Shown: in pieces, positions 34,601 through 47,655 of the stretch
Layout of the letters: the number at the start of each line of letters is the position of its first letter
Position numbering within the stretch: position 1 is the stretch's first letter
From: Amphiscolops sp. MND2022
Lineage: Eukaryota
NCBI GenBank assembly: GCA_964187785.1
Contig: OZ076409.1
Coordinates: 98,086,001 to 98,150,000 of the forward strand
DNA length: 64,000 bases
Reading direction: 5' to 3'
Notes under the pieces: generated by a model
Told to the model about the DNA's origin: nothing
The model's database searches: none
What the model saw: only the letters and a program-made list of their open reading frames with translations
Program-made: the position numbers and the translations under genes

Positions 34601-35759
34601 AAAATGCAGAAAGTGATCTACTGAGGCCTTGAGCAAGACGACAATAAGCAAATGTTCTGCTGGCAAAATTGAAAGCGAGCATTTGAATGGATTGGTAATC
34701 TGCCATCTGGAGGCAGTGATAAGCCTGTGAGCAATCCAACTTGCAGAACAGTTTTTTCTCTGCCATATGTTGTGCTGCATCTGATAAAATGCTTACCGGG
34801 TGATTGTTATTGGTGTAATTTTCAGTGATGAGGTTGTTAATCTTTCTGAGGCCTACTAAAAGTCTAAGTCGCCCGTTAGGTTTGCGTTGTGCAAAAACTG
34901 GGCTGGCATATTTGGAGAAAGGTAAAGTTGTAATGATACCGTATTTGTGTAGAAGTGCAAGTTCTACTGTGATATCATCCTTGAGATTGATAGGAGTTGG
35001 CAGACTTTGGCTATAAGCAGGTCTGTCATCATTCGGCGGTAATTTCACTTTGAATTCACGGTTTATTCCGATATCGAAACGATGTCTGGCAAAGATGTCG
35101 TGAAATTCGATGAGAATTTCCTCAATTTCTTGGCGTTCGTCTGAGCCGAGTGTTGTATCGGACCAGTCGAAGTTTGAAAGAAATGTTTTCCTTGAGGTGT
35201 CGTTATCATTTGGGTTTAGTTTCTCGAGTTGTTGTAGTTCAAGAAGCTCTTGGTAGATGCGTTCCTGAATTGGGGTATATGTTGCAGGGTCGCCTGGGTC
35301 ATCAGGAGTAAGGAACCAGTAGGTCTCCTGTTCGGGATTTTGTTGTGGTACTTTAAGAAGTTCGTTTATGTGGACTTCTGTTGTTTCTTCGTGTTGAGTC
35401 ATAAACGATAACAATGCAGGGTCCACTGGTTGTATATGTTTGATTTGTTCTGGTGTTAAAATCTTGAAATCTGCTAAATGGGTGTCCATTGTGATGGTGT
35501 ATGGTAGTTCGGAGAAGTTGATGATTTGATAGTCGATAGCATTGTTGTTGACAGTACTGAGCGATGCAGAGATGAAAATGCTATCGTGATTTTCATATTG
35601 TTGTGATGGGGTGACTATGCCGGTGGCATTATGATCCATCAATTGGGGCATTCTACTCTCGATGGCGAGTGTTTCGCCCGGTTGCAAGGTGTAGGTATTT
35701 TCAGCAAATAATGGTGTTGCTTGCCGTATTGATGTTTGTGTTTCTGGATTAAGTTGCAT
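31665..35759 (-). CDS. pol: Gypsy Pol (RT, RNase H, integrase); C-terminal tail frameshifted near 31983
   Basis: YASPVF, KLDCSQAY, YVDD, DAS, HHCC zinc finger, DVFSKY and LERTH motifs. Confidence 0.95.
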
Positions 35760-36451
35760 GGTAGATAGGGGAAGGTTAGGATACCCTGTGTGACATCGAA
35801 AATTGCGTTATTTCTCCGGAGGAAACACAATCCGATTAGTGGGTTCAGTAGATTTTTCATGATGATGAAGTTTTCTTTTAACATGAAGTCAGCTACTTCA
35901 AATTCTAGTAGTACCGTACCGATGGGGACTTCTAGTTGTCCATTTGCCACCATAATTTGGAAGTTCGGTGGGGGACCGGTTTCTTTTATTGCCTCATTGG
36001 CGAGCAACTTGATTTTGTTGAGGTCTTGTTCGGAGATTGCACTTGTGAGAGCTCCAGTATCAATAAGACCATCAAGCGTGAGTTTTTCGAAGTCCATCGG
36101 AATGTAGGACATGTGGCGTTTTCGTTTCAATGTTAAAGAGGTTGAAATTGGGAGATATGATAAGTTTCGTACTTTATCAAATTGTATGTGTTCCGTGAGG
36201 TCTTCGTTTAGAAGAGGTTGTTTCTCATTATTGCAAGAAGTTTTTATTGTTACGTGGTGTTTTGTTGTGTGTTGGATTTCTGAGTTTGGGTCAGTTTCAG
36301 GGTTGTTGGATTGTTGAGGAAAGTAGTTGTCTGGTGCATCGTGTAAGAGTTCGTATAAGTCTTCAGGTTGAGTTTCCAGAGTTAGTTGTTGTATATTTTC
36401 TGTTATTGAGTCGGCTTCACAGGCTGATGTTTTTGTAGGTTTTGGGCTCAA
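35639..36451 (-). CDS. Gypsy aspartic protease segment, frameshifted relative to RT
   Basis: LIDTGA and LIGLCFL. Confidence 0.88.
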   Translation of the reverse strand: MSPKPTKTSACEADSITENIQQLTLETQPEDLYELLHDAPDNYFPQQSNNPETDPNSEIQHTTKHHVTIKTSCNNEKQPLLNEDLTEHIQFDKVRNLSYLPISTSLTLKRKRHMSYIPMDFEKLTLDGLIDTGALTSAISEQDLNKIKLLANEAIKETGPPPNFQIMVANGQLEVPIGTVLLEFEVADFMLKENFIIMKNLLNPLIGLCFLRRNNAIFDVTQGILTFPYLPCNLIQKHKHQYGKQHHYLLKIPTPCNRAKHSPSRVECPN

Positions 36452-36543
36452 CTGATGCTGCCAGTCATCAATTGAGTTTGGTTTTTGTGGTGATTTTGTG
36501 TAAAGGCGTGGCGTTTCTAGTTTAAATCCTTCGACGAGGATTG

Positions 36544-38067
36544 TTAATGTTCCATTTTTGGTTTAATAGGTTTTTTGGCTTGTTTGTAGTTTTCAATGAC
36601 TTTTTTCTGGGCTTCTGTGAGGTTCCATTTAGTTGGACGATTTTCCATATTGGCGCCGAAGTAACAGTTTTCTTCATCATGTCCTGGGGTGTTGCAATTT
36701 TGACATTTTTCGGCTTCCGGATCTTCCTCAAGTTTGCGTCGTTTGGCTAATTTGGGACAGTCAGTCATCATGTGGCCTGCCTCCTTGCAGTAACGGCATT
36801 GGTCGTTTTTGAGGGTTGTATCAGGTACTGTTTTTGGAGTTTGTTTTTTGGTTTTGTCAGTTTGTTTTTTGTTGGTTTTTTCAGTATTTTGTTCTTTTTT
36901 AGTAACGGTCATTTGAGTTTTGACGAGTGTGTCGTCTGCTTCTAGGCCGTTAAGTTCCATTTCTCTTTCAAGGTGTTTGACAATTTGATCGTAAGTGCCG
37001 TTCTCAAGATAAGCTTGGTTAATGGACTTTTTGAGGTGGGGAGGCATTTTGGCATAGAGGAGGTTCTCTATCATGTGGTGGGCATTGTCCCCGAACGCTT
37101 TTTCAGCACTTTCTTGGAGTTCTTCTAACAAGTCCGGAAGTTTTCGGTTTTCTGGGTCGAAAAAAAGTCTGTTTAATCTATGTTTAGCAGATGCACTAGA
37201 CTCTGGTTTTACATATTTTCGGCGAAAGACTTTTAAAATGTCTTCCAAAGTCGTGGTTCTTTGAATGTTTTTGAAGGTTTTAAGTGCCAAACCTCTCAGA
37301 TGGGCGTAGAAATGGTTAATTTTCATTTTCTCTGTTAAGTTTGGTTGCATTCGTAATGTTGTATGGAACAAGTCCTCAAAATATTCAAATTTCTCGTTTT
37401 TCTGGTTTTTCCCATTGAAGGTGAGTGTATTTTTGGGATGAAAAAGTGATTGGGGAGAGTTTTTGTTGGCCAATGTCTCTATTGCAAGAGCAATTCGATT
37501 AACTGGATCAAGTGGTTATGTTATTGGGTTTGTTGTAATTTGGTCTGCATGGGATCCAATTGTATTATTTAGCTTTTGTGAGCTCTGTCTATGGAGTTGT
37601 CGGTTGGCTCCTGTCACCATGTGATAATCCTCTCCTTCGGACTCTTCATTTGAAAGTATCGTTTGATCTAAATCTGTCTCAGTTTCAAAGAATGGCTTAG
37701 CAGGATGTTTCAACTCCTTCGTTTGAGACGCTCTAAGAGGGTAGTCGTCGTTCTCGGAATCACAGTTTTCGTTATTAGATGCATGAACTCCTATTGATTT
37801 ACTCAATTTGGATCCCGATGGCTGATTCTCTCGCATTTCGTTTTTATCCGATCTAGGATTCGTTACTGTTGATGCACTTTTATTGGACTTTATTTCCCTT
37901 AGAATCGCTTCAAGTTTGTTTTCCATTTCTTCTCTCATCTTTTCAATCCTATCGTTGTTCTTTTGTTCCATGATTTGGGTCCAAACTTGCATCTCATTGC
38001 TCATTTGAATAGGTTCGGTTAACTAGTTTTCAGAGCTATTTTCACCTAAATTCCCTTGGGTAACATT
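36544..38067 (-). pseudogene. gag: Gypsy Gag; begins within the LTR; stop at 37516-37518
   Basis: Two CCHC knuckles (CRYCKEAGHMMTDC, CQNCNTPGHDEENC); frame reads through the LTR end and PBS (EDYH-MVTG). Confidence 0.85.
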
Positions 38068-38255
38068 GTCCCTTTCACATCAACCATATTATAAATATCA
38101 TATTTACATGACTTTCGAGACTAAACAATATTGAGTTTTAAGACATCATATAAAACGGGTTCATCAGAGTTTTAGAGAGTTTGTTGAAATGAGTCTATCG
38201 TCCGTTCCTCTTCAAAGATGCACCACGGAACCATCGCATCTTGATGGATGCGACA
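37620..38255 (-). repeat. 5' LTR with ~886-bp internal deletion
   Basis: Matches 23321-23768, then jumps at ~38068 to 24655-24841. Confidence 0.88.
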
Positions 38256-38310
38256 GATTTTTACTAATTTTCCAAAAAAAAATTGGTGGTGGGGGGGACA
38301 GAAAAGAGCC

Positions 38311-38842
38311 GGGCTCCGAAGCGAGGTGCCGGCACACTCAAATCCGGACATGTCCTACAAGCACCTAATAGCAAGTCTTAGCGTTCCTGCGAAATTTTCT
38401 ACATCTTACCGCGGTCCAAAGCAGCAATTATCTGAAATACATTGTTTTGGGGAAATTTGATGAAAATAAGGGATATAACCGCTGTAAATACAGCTGAAAA
38501 ACACCGGCAAATGACTACTAATTGATCACAATGTACGCCAAGGAAAATATGTGAGACAGTGTTTCTTTCTTCGGAAAATTCCGTGACAAAGTTGCACTTT
38601 TCTTCTGGACCCGGGGTCCAGGCGTGTCCGCATTTTATGGTAATGTCTGAAAAACTCTTCGACCGGATGATAATGGGTGAAATGACACAATTCTCAAGAG
38701 CACTGGGTGTTCTCAAGTTTTTTCAGGTATTTCGGGGGTACTATCTCAGTGTGTGTTCTCCTGGAGTTCGCTCCTTTTTTTAAATGTTCGCGCATCGTTT
38801 CTGAACTGATTTCGGGGTACGGTCCAGCTCTGCCACGTCACA
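38311..38842 (-). mobile_element. Old solo LTR, 5' part
   Basis: Starts TGTGACGTGG on the minus strand; TSD ATTCC; shares a GTGCCGGCAC motif with 56131-56170. Confidence 0.7.
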
Positions 38843-39556
38843 ATTCCAATTTTTCAAGACTTTTTAACTGGTGCCACTAAACTGTTGGATGTTTTACATC
38901 TGACAGAACGTTCCAGTCATTTGCTGCCCGTCCAGTGAATGTTTTTCCTAGTCGATCTTCTCAAAAGTAGCACCACAATTCACATTTGGTTTCCATTGTT
39001 TATTCTTTTATTTGCTATCAGCATGCCACCGGTAACTCTTTTGTCATACACTCCATTGAGCATGTTGTACACTTCACTCATTATACCTCTCGTTCTTTAA
39101 CCTAGGGTGGGCAGTTTCAACTTCTTTTCTATTTCTTCCTATGACAGGAATGCAGAGGAATACGTCTGGTTCTGAAAAACATCCTTGTGTTGTTGGAAAT
39201 CAGGAAGCCATGCTTGATTGTTGTTTTCTAATTGGAGCGTTCTGATAATTGCACCTAGCGATTACAGCCCATGTTGAGCTTTCCTTCAGAATCTGTAAAG
39301 ATCTGTGAGCCAATTTTCCTTGAGGATCTGTAAAGATCGTGCCACTGCTACGTAAGGACACCTGCAGATCTGCAAGGATCTTTACAGATGTTCAAAGATT
39401 TTCTGTACAGATTTTTCAGAAAAATTTTTTCCGCACCTTTTAGTGAAACTATGCATTTCATTTTTTAGCTTCTTCAGTAGATATTTTTGCTGACCAAGGC
39501 TCAGTCAGTTGAAATTCTCCATCACTCAAAATTCATGAGCAGGAATTCTTAAACAT

Positions 39557-42500
39557 ATGGAAGAAGTACCGGAAAATGAAATTGTGAAATCATCATCAGA
39601 AGTATATTATCTACCGCATCACTGTGTACTCAAGGAAAGTTCAAAAACGACCAAACTTTGCGTTGTCTTCGACGATTCAGCAAAAACCAGCAATGGATGC
39701 TCGTTAAACGACAACCTGCTGGTTGGTCCTGTTGTTCAAGATAATTTAATAGCCATCTTGACACGCTTTCGGTTCAATGTTGTTGCATTATCAGCAGACA
39801 TAGCTAAAATGTATCGACAAGTAGTTCTAGATAATCCGGAGAAGGACTTCCATAGAATTCTCTGGCGTGAAAGTAAAGATGGACCACTTCGCCACTTGCG
39901 AATGAAACGCGTGACATACGGAATAGCCTCTTCGGCTTTTCATTCTACCCGATGTTTAAAAGAGATAGCGAACCGCACAGAAAACTCAATTGTGAGAGAT
40001 TGTTTGAATAGATGCTTCTACGTCGACGATTTTCTTGGCGGAGCTCCAACAATTGATGAAGCGAAATCTTTGTTAGACAATCTTGTTAAAGAACTTCGAC
40101 GTTATGGCTTCGATTTGAGAAAATGGGCGTCAAGTCATACTGAACTAATCTCTGAGCTGCCTGTCGAAATGAGAGAAAATGCTGACTCACTGGAACTGTT
40201 TTCGGAAGAATACAGAATCAAAGCTCTGGGTATTTCCTGGCATCCCAATACGGATATGTTTTTTTTTCAATGTAGATCTGGAGGAAATCACGGAACCAAC
40301 AAAACGAGCTCTTTTGTCAGACTCGTCAAAAATATTCGATCCTATGGGTTGGGTATCGCCTGTAATCATTCTTTTCAAAAGTCTTGTTCAGCGCACATGG
40401 GTGCAAGATTTGTCATGGGATGACAAACTTCCCGATGACCTGGTTGAGCAGTGGTACAGAATACGTAAGGAACTGGAGTATCTTAACACGATAAAAATTC
40501 CTCGTTGCGTTCGACCTCCAAAAACAACCGCACTTGAGCTCCGTGTCTTCTGTGATGCCTCAGAGATGGCTTATGCGGCAGTGGTCTACATAAGAGCTCG
40601 GGGTCCAGCAGGTATTTCTTGTAAACTTTTGACTTCTAAGACTAAGGTTGCCCCTGTGAAAGCTCTGTCCATGCCTCGTCTTGAGTTGTGCGCTGCGACT
40701 CTGGGAGCCAATCTTACAAATTCTCTTCGTCAAACACTTGAAGTGTCTTTAGTAACTGCTTGGACCGACTCTACAATCGTTCTTAATTGGCTTCCCAAGC
40801 TTCCCCGCACTTGGAATACGTTTGTTGCAAACAGAGTTGCAACTGTGCAGGAAGAAATTCCACGCAATCAGTGGAAGTACGTTCCAAGCAAGGATAATCC
40901 TGCTGACATGGCTTCACGTGGATTATTAGCCTCCGAGATCATAGAAAATGCGCTTTGGTGGAATGGACCGGAGTGGTTGTCAGCTGATGACGCTGAATGG
41001 CCTCTGACGCCCTCGACTGAAGAGACACTTCTAGAGAAACGATTGAATAAAAGCATATGCACCGTTGTTACACATATTCTGCCGTTGAATATTGAAAAAT
41101 TCTCTTCTTTGCAGAAATTATTTCGAGTTTTCAGCTACGTTCTAAGATTCATTGCGCAAGTGAAAGTGCGGTGCGGTTTTAAAATTCAATCTACCGCACA
41201 AGTATCAGACAGCTTAACTGCTATTGAACTTGGAGAAGCCTCTTATCGATTAGTGTCTTATGAACAACAAAAGCTATTGAAGGAAGAATTTTCGTTACTT
41301 CAGCAGGGAGGCGAGTTTCCCAAAAACAGTCCCTACATCAGCCTATGTCCCTTCTTTGACAAAGACTTCAATGTGATTCGAGTAGGTGGTCGCCTAGCGA
41401 ACTCTGATTACGACTCTTTGAAAAAATTTCCTCTTCTCTTACCGAAAACCTCCTCTCTGGTTCCGCTAATCATTAGATATTTTCATGAAGCAACGCTTCA
41501 TGGCGGTGATAGTATGACTCTTGCGGCTCTCCGAGAAACATATTGGATCATAGGAGTCAGAATAATGATCAGAAAAATCATCAAAAATTGTATCAAATGC
41601 TGTCGTTTTTCCCGGAAGTCAGCAACGCAACAGATGGCCGATCTGCCACTTGAGCGGATAACACCATACCGACCATTTTCGCAAAGTGGGTTAGATTTCG
41701 CAGGACCTTTGAAAGTGAAATGTTCCGGAAAAGTTTATATCGCTATTTTTGTTTGTTTGTCAACTAAAGCCGTGCATATGGAACTTGTCGGTAACTTATC
41801 AAAGGACGCTTGTATTCTTGCCTTGAAGCGTTTCTTTTCCCGAAGAGGCACACCGTCAAAAATTCTCAGTGATAATGGGACTAACTTCATTGGGGCAAGG
41901 AATGATCTTCTCAAGTTGAATGAAGTATTTGAATCAAAAAACAAAGATTCTGTTGTTTCCTTCGCTGAACAACGCGGAACGGAATGGGTAACAATTCCAC
42001 CAAGAGCTCCTCATTTTGGCGGTATATGGGAAGCAGCAGTGAAAGGTATGAAACATCATCTTCGTCGTGTGGTCGGTACACAAATTCTCCACTATGAAGA
42101 GCTTTCTACTATCTTATGTCAAATCGAAGCAGTCTTGAACTCCAGACCCTTAGTCCCGCTTTCTAGTGACCCAAATGACTTGCAAGTGATTACACCGAAT
42201 CATTTTTTAATTGGGGGATCGCCAAACGAACCCGATAGGCAAGAATCAAAAATTCCACTCAACTGCCGCTACAGACTTCTCCAGCAGATCCAAAAGGACT
42301 TCTGGAAAATGTGGAAGAAAGATTATCTGGGCTCACTTCAGATAAGGAAAAAATGGGCACAGAGTTCCGCAAATCTCAAAATTGGAGACCTAGTTCTACT
42401 GGCAGACGATGATTGTCGTGCAATGCAATGGAAAATTGGTCGAATTAAAGAAGTATATACCGGAAATGATGGACTTGTACGTGTTGTTAAAGTGAAAACT

Positions 42501-42560
42501 CAGCAATGTGATTTAATCCGGCCAATAGTAAAACTTCGAATACTCCCAATCTCTTGTTGA
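39557..42560 (+). pseudogene. pol: BEL/Pao Pol (RT, RNase H, integrase), 5'-truncated and frameshifted near 40265
   Basis: YYLPHH, ADIAKMYRQ, FYVDD, FCDASE..AY, PRLELCAA, NPADMASRG, DFAGP, SDNGTNF and GGIWEAAVK. Confidence 0.93.
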
Positions 42561-42616
42561 CTTTAACGCGCCCTCACTTACAATTTTCTTAATCATACTG
42601 ATCAAGGGGTGCGGTA

Positions 42617-42870
42617 TGTTGAATGTCATTTGAACTAAATTGAATCTAAAAAAAAACTTGTTCATGCATCTCAAAGTTGCTAAGTCTCAAATAATTTGTT
42701 CTGAACTATTCTGCCGCCGTTTTAATGTTTGTTCACAATTTGGTCTGAATTAATCTTTGAAACACGTTCTAGTTGAAGTTTGACTTCCACCCAAGCTTTG
42801 AGCTATCTAGCTATAGCACAATTTAACAATTTAGCAGAGCTGTCTCGCCACAGCATACTACAAACAACGT
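42617..42870 (+). repeat. Probable BEL 3' LTR (end uncertain)
   Basis: TGTT follows the purine-rich AAGGGGTGCGG just after the pol stop. Confidence 0.55.
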
Positions 42871-45800
42871 TATAGTAATTTATTGGTATGGGTAATTTTC
42901 ACCAAATCCTGGAATATCTGCAAGGATTTGTACAGATCTGTACAGATTCGCACAGAAACTTTTTTAAAACTTCAAATAAGAGGCGTGTTTTTTTCGTAGA
43001 GCACTTTCCAACCAACTAATTTCTTTTCCGAAAACTGAATTTATGACTATTCAATTTTCGAACAATCCTGAAATATCTGTCAGGATCTGTGCAGATCTGT
43101 AGAGGTTCGCAGGGAGTGCTCAACATGGGAGTTCAAAAATTTAAAAAAAAAACATTTTCTGATGATGACTACAATTGAATTCGCTTTATTTTTCCAGGAA
43201 TATAAAAATCGAAGACCAAACACCTTTCTCTTTCCGAGCTAACATAATCCAGCATTTTAGTTGAGTCCTCCAAAACGTAATTTCTATGAACGGTGTTAGG
43301 GTTAGTGTTAGGTTTTTAGGTTTTTTTAGGTGGCTAAGTTTTGTAGCTACCAAAGGTAGGCATTTCAGTTGAATTTAAACTACCGACGCTATTACAGAGC
43401 CTTATTAGACCCGAAAAAAATACATATTGCGTATTTCAACAGTTTGCATGCAAAACAAAATAATTCCAAAGAAAAAGTTCCAGTCTTACGAATTTCGTCG
43501 CCAAACTGGTACTAGTTGACTATTTGTTTACGTCATACTGTAGCGCCTGTGCTTACAAATTTTGAGGTTTTGTCCGCGGAAACCTGAAATTGTATATAAA
43601 TCCTGAAAAATACCTCAAGAAATAGCATTGCATCAGGGAAATATTTAGCAGTAATGATTCTTTGTGACACCCCCTAAGTCCTTCTTAAAGTGCTTGGCAG
43701 CCTATGAAATCATGTAAAACCTTCAAGCAGTTTCAACTAGGGATGACTTCACATTGGAAGGAGTTTTAAGTTGCTACGCTTCTTGTATTACCAAATAGGT
43801 GCATTGCAGTTGGAAATGGTTGTAAGATGCCTTCTGAGCTCCTCAACCCAGTAAAGCAGTTTGAGTGAAAAAAGCGCAAAGGCAACTTGTCGCTCAATGT
43901 GCTTACTAGTGGCCGATCTACATCTTGACTAGTTTTCAAAACAGATCAGTCTCACTGGACTTTGACTTCGGTTTGCAGATCAAAGCTCGCTTTAGTCGAA
44001 TCTGCCGCAAAGTTGTCCATGCTGCATTCATGCATGCAGGCTAATTTTCTATAAAACATGGAAGAAAATCCAAGGACCCTACATGGATATATTTCGAAAA
44101 CTTCCAAGTTTCTAAAAAGCTCAAAGCATATCCATGCATTTTGAGAAAACTTCCCAACAGGTTACGAAAATTCCTTAAAAACAAGGAAGTAGGATAACGA
44201 AAGCTCAGAGCGATCTTAAACCTCCAAAAATCCTAAGCTTTGATCATAGTCATAGAACATATTTGGACTATCGTTATTTTTAGACAGATATTCAGTTTCA
44301 ATTTTTAGACAGATTTGTCTCAATATTACCGAGCGTCCATTCCGTCTATCCCAAATCAAGATAAAGTTTAGTTTTCATGCTGAATGGATTGTTACCTACA
44401 AAAAATATGAACAAGTAACTCGACCTCGGTATTGAAAGGTTCACAAACTAGAACGTCGAATTCGGAATTGCTTGAAATCGTTCAACTTGAGCGTATAATT
44501 GGCAGTGTATTTTGAATAGAGTGTCAAGGAGTATTGTTAGGATCTGTCCAAAACACAACGTTTGCAATTTCTTTTCAAAAAGGTGGGTGGGATGAAACGT
44601 GAATTGATTGAAAATGTGAAAAAAAATCAGAAAAAAAACGAAGTAGAAGCCGTTGAAAACAATGTTGACGGAATTCAATGTCACTCTGCCAGCTGACATT
44701 ACACTATATGGGACATACTGGGTGAACCAAAAAAGGAACGCAAAAAATAACTCTTCAAAATTGGTATATTTGTTAAAAAAAGATACTGATAATCTTTCAC
44801 TTTCTCTGTTAATCTTTCTCTCATTGCGTAAACAAATCTTCAACAAGCAATGATCCGAACCTTTAGGAAAAGTGTAGACGTCTTTACCACTCCCATTTCT
44901 TTCACACTTTTGATGTTTGAAAGTTTATGTGTTCGGAGAAAAGTTGTAAAAGTTAATGACTGACAAGCTGAATTTCAATGTTCAGAGTTGTTTCGAAATA
45001 TTTGTTAGCAAATGATTGAAACGTTAAGGGTTCAAAAATTCTCATGCGTTCCGTTTTTTATTATTCATTTAGTGCAAACTCGCCGTCGTTTGAAGAGAAC
45101 ACAATTCCCTGAACAATAGCTAGTGGTGACCCAACCATACTTGAGACTTGATAGCAACTTATTTGTTTTTAAAATTAGTACTGTTTCTCAGTGAGACCTG
45201 AAAAACGTCAAGGCTTAAAATTGCCGCCAGAACTTTGATGAAGCTTTCAAGGAGCTTGGTAAATGTCGAATAGAACAGGCAATCATTTTGGCATGAAAGT
45301 TTCTCTAAGAGTTTTAGAAAATCATAATAAAAGTTGCTGGCAACATTAAAGTGCATGCAAAAAGATCAAGCAATTTCAACAAGGGTAACATAGGTTCTTA
45401 ACCTTGATATCTGAATGGCCAATTGACAATTGAAGGTTGGCCAAAAAAACAATTTATCTTTTCTGGATTAAAACGTTCAAGTTCGATTGAAATAAGAACA
45501 GATTGAAAAATGCAACAAAAACATACAGTAATTCTACAAAACCACGTTCAAAGAATTCGTTCACCAAAAGGTACCATATATGGAATGTCGTGAACTTCAT
45601 TCTAATTTAAGAAGGTCAAGAAAGGACAATTGAAAGATGAATCGTGCAACTTGCCGAAACCATACAAGAACTTCTATTTGTTCACATGTCCTTCAAGATA
45701 CCAAATATTTAACAGCTTCATTGGCCGACCTTAGCGCTTGATTTGGAAATGGTTTTGCAAAAGTGCTCGAAAGAACAAATCAACTGCAAATAAGTTCTAA

Positions 45801-46196
45801 GATGCCTAAAATGGTAATCGAGTTTCCCTCAGAAATTCCAAAGCTTAACTTAAAATATGCTATCTTTTTGTAATTCATTTTCTAACGCGGTATGACATAG
45901 AAACAAGAAAACATACCATTGTAAAGGTTATTATAGAAACAATTCTTTTTCTGATGTTTGAAAAAATTAGTTTTCGTTCAGAAAAAAACCAATAAGAAGC
46001 AAATTGGTCAAAACGTTCGGACGTTATTCCTTTAATGCTGCATTTTTCGTTTTCAAAGTCAATTCCGAAGTTCAAAAAGATTTCAAAAATTTGATTTTTC
46101 TGTCTCCTGAGACTAGAGTTTACTTTAAAAAAAAACAAATGAACGCGATAAATCAATAGCTGGTCGGTCATTCCTGATCTTCATAGCTACAGAAAA

Positions 46197-46489
46197 ATGA
46201 TGCCTTCCGCAATCAGTCAATGGGATATTTTTCAAAACTCTCTGGCGGATGTGAGAGAAAAACTGAACGACGTTCCCCGCTGGGTGTGGGCGGGGGTTTG
46301 CGTGTTTGGAACCGTGGTCTATCTCAAGGTAAAATACGAACGTACCTACAGAGAATGGGAAAAACAGAATATCCCCGGACCCAAACCTTACCTGTTTTCG
46401 GGCACAAACCATTTGCTAGCCCAGTACAAGAGTTTCCATGAGATGAACACGGCTTTGTGTGCGAAATATGGGAGCAAGGGGTACTTCGG
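46197..46489 (+). CDS. Cytochrome P450 (clan 3-like) exon 1
   Basis: TM anchor, IPGPKPYLFSG proline-rich motif, GT donor at 46490. Confidence 0.85.
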
Positions 46490-47655
46490 GTTAGTTTAAT
46501 TGAACCTAATCCGTGAATCTTCATCACAATTATTTTGACGCGTCTTCCCATGTTGAAACTGCTTGAACTTTTTGCATCAACTTTAATGTTGCCAGCAACT
46601 TTTTAAGTGATTTTCTAAAACTTTCATTCGGAAGCTCTCATGTGAAAATATTTCACTGTAGTATTCGGCTTTACAAGCGGCTTGAAAGAAACATCAAAGT
46701 TTTCGCGGAAGCTTCAAGTGGTGAAGTTTTGTAGAAGTTTTGTCAGTCTTTTCTTATTGAAGAAACAATGTGTTTTTGACGCATCTGTTTCGAGAACAAA
46801 AAGTGCGCGGATTTACTTAACTTTTAACAAACTCTACAAGCAGAGAAATTCAAATGACGATTTCTCATTTCAAGGTTTTCAAGGTTTTTCAAAATTTTTC
46901 AAAGTTTTCTTTTTTACTTTTCTTTGCGAATTCGTTGATTTTCATTCAAAATAGTGTACCAATTCTCTTCATGCAAATAAGAAATTTATATTGCAGACCG
47001 AACTTTTCTTTTTGTAGAGCTTGGTGAAACTGAAGTAAAACAGCGTTGTTTTTATTCTCGAAACAGATAAATCCAAAACGCATCGTTTCTTCAAAAGGAA
47101 AGACGGACAAAAAAACTGCTGTAAAATAACTTTTATGGAGAAGAATGCTAATATTCCCAATTCTGCTGAATAGGCAGTTCTGCTCGTTTAGGTGGTACCT
47201 TTTCGAATACTGAATAAATAAATTTCTTTGCTCATCTTATATCCTGAAATTTTCTAATAAAGTTAATTCTTTTTGCAAAAGTCTTATGAGAAATTCAATT
47301 ATTTCATACTTATTTCAATGATAATACATATTCGAAAAATAGTTGATTATCAAGTATAAAGTTCTTTTCATTTGAAACATTTTATGTAGAATAGTCATAA
47401 GGCAATTTTCTAAACACAGTTTTTGATTGCCCTCCGAAACCTTTTGGAAAACCAAAAAAATACTTTCGTGGATCGACTAAGACATTTCGATAAAATTGTG
47501 CTCGCTTTCTTTGTGATGAACCATAAACTAGAAAAAAGCTTTATGAACCCATGGAGTATGAGTTCCTTGCAAAATCTTCATTACTCAGCTTTATAATTTC
47601 TAAAATGCGTTTGAAGCTCAAATAAAACCACTTCAAGAAAGGTCCATTCAAGAAA

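Larger units (their letters stand above)
23321..38255 (-). mobile_element. Ty3/Gypsy LTR retrotransposon, 14.9 kb, with 6.8-kb accessory region
   Basis: TG...CA LTRs, 5-bp TSD GATTT (23316-23320, 38256-38260), PBS TGGTGACAGG at 37619-37610, order gag-PR-RT-RH-IN. Confidence 0.93.
39268..43129. mobile_element. CCC-ended TIR element (CACTA/EnSpm-like, non-autonomous) enclosing a BEL remnant
   Basis: TIR CCCATGTTGAGC at both ends, AG dinucleotide on both flanks, GATCTGT subterminal repeats. Confidence 0.65.

Noticed and set aside
31696..37264. Many short plus-strand ORFs
   Set aside because: Antisense shadows of gag-pol
43130..46190. Short ORFs (44448..44846, 44653..44853, 45875..46171)
   Set aside because: Low-complexity AT-rich translations without motifs
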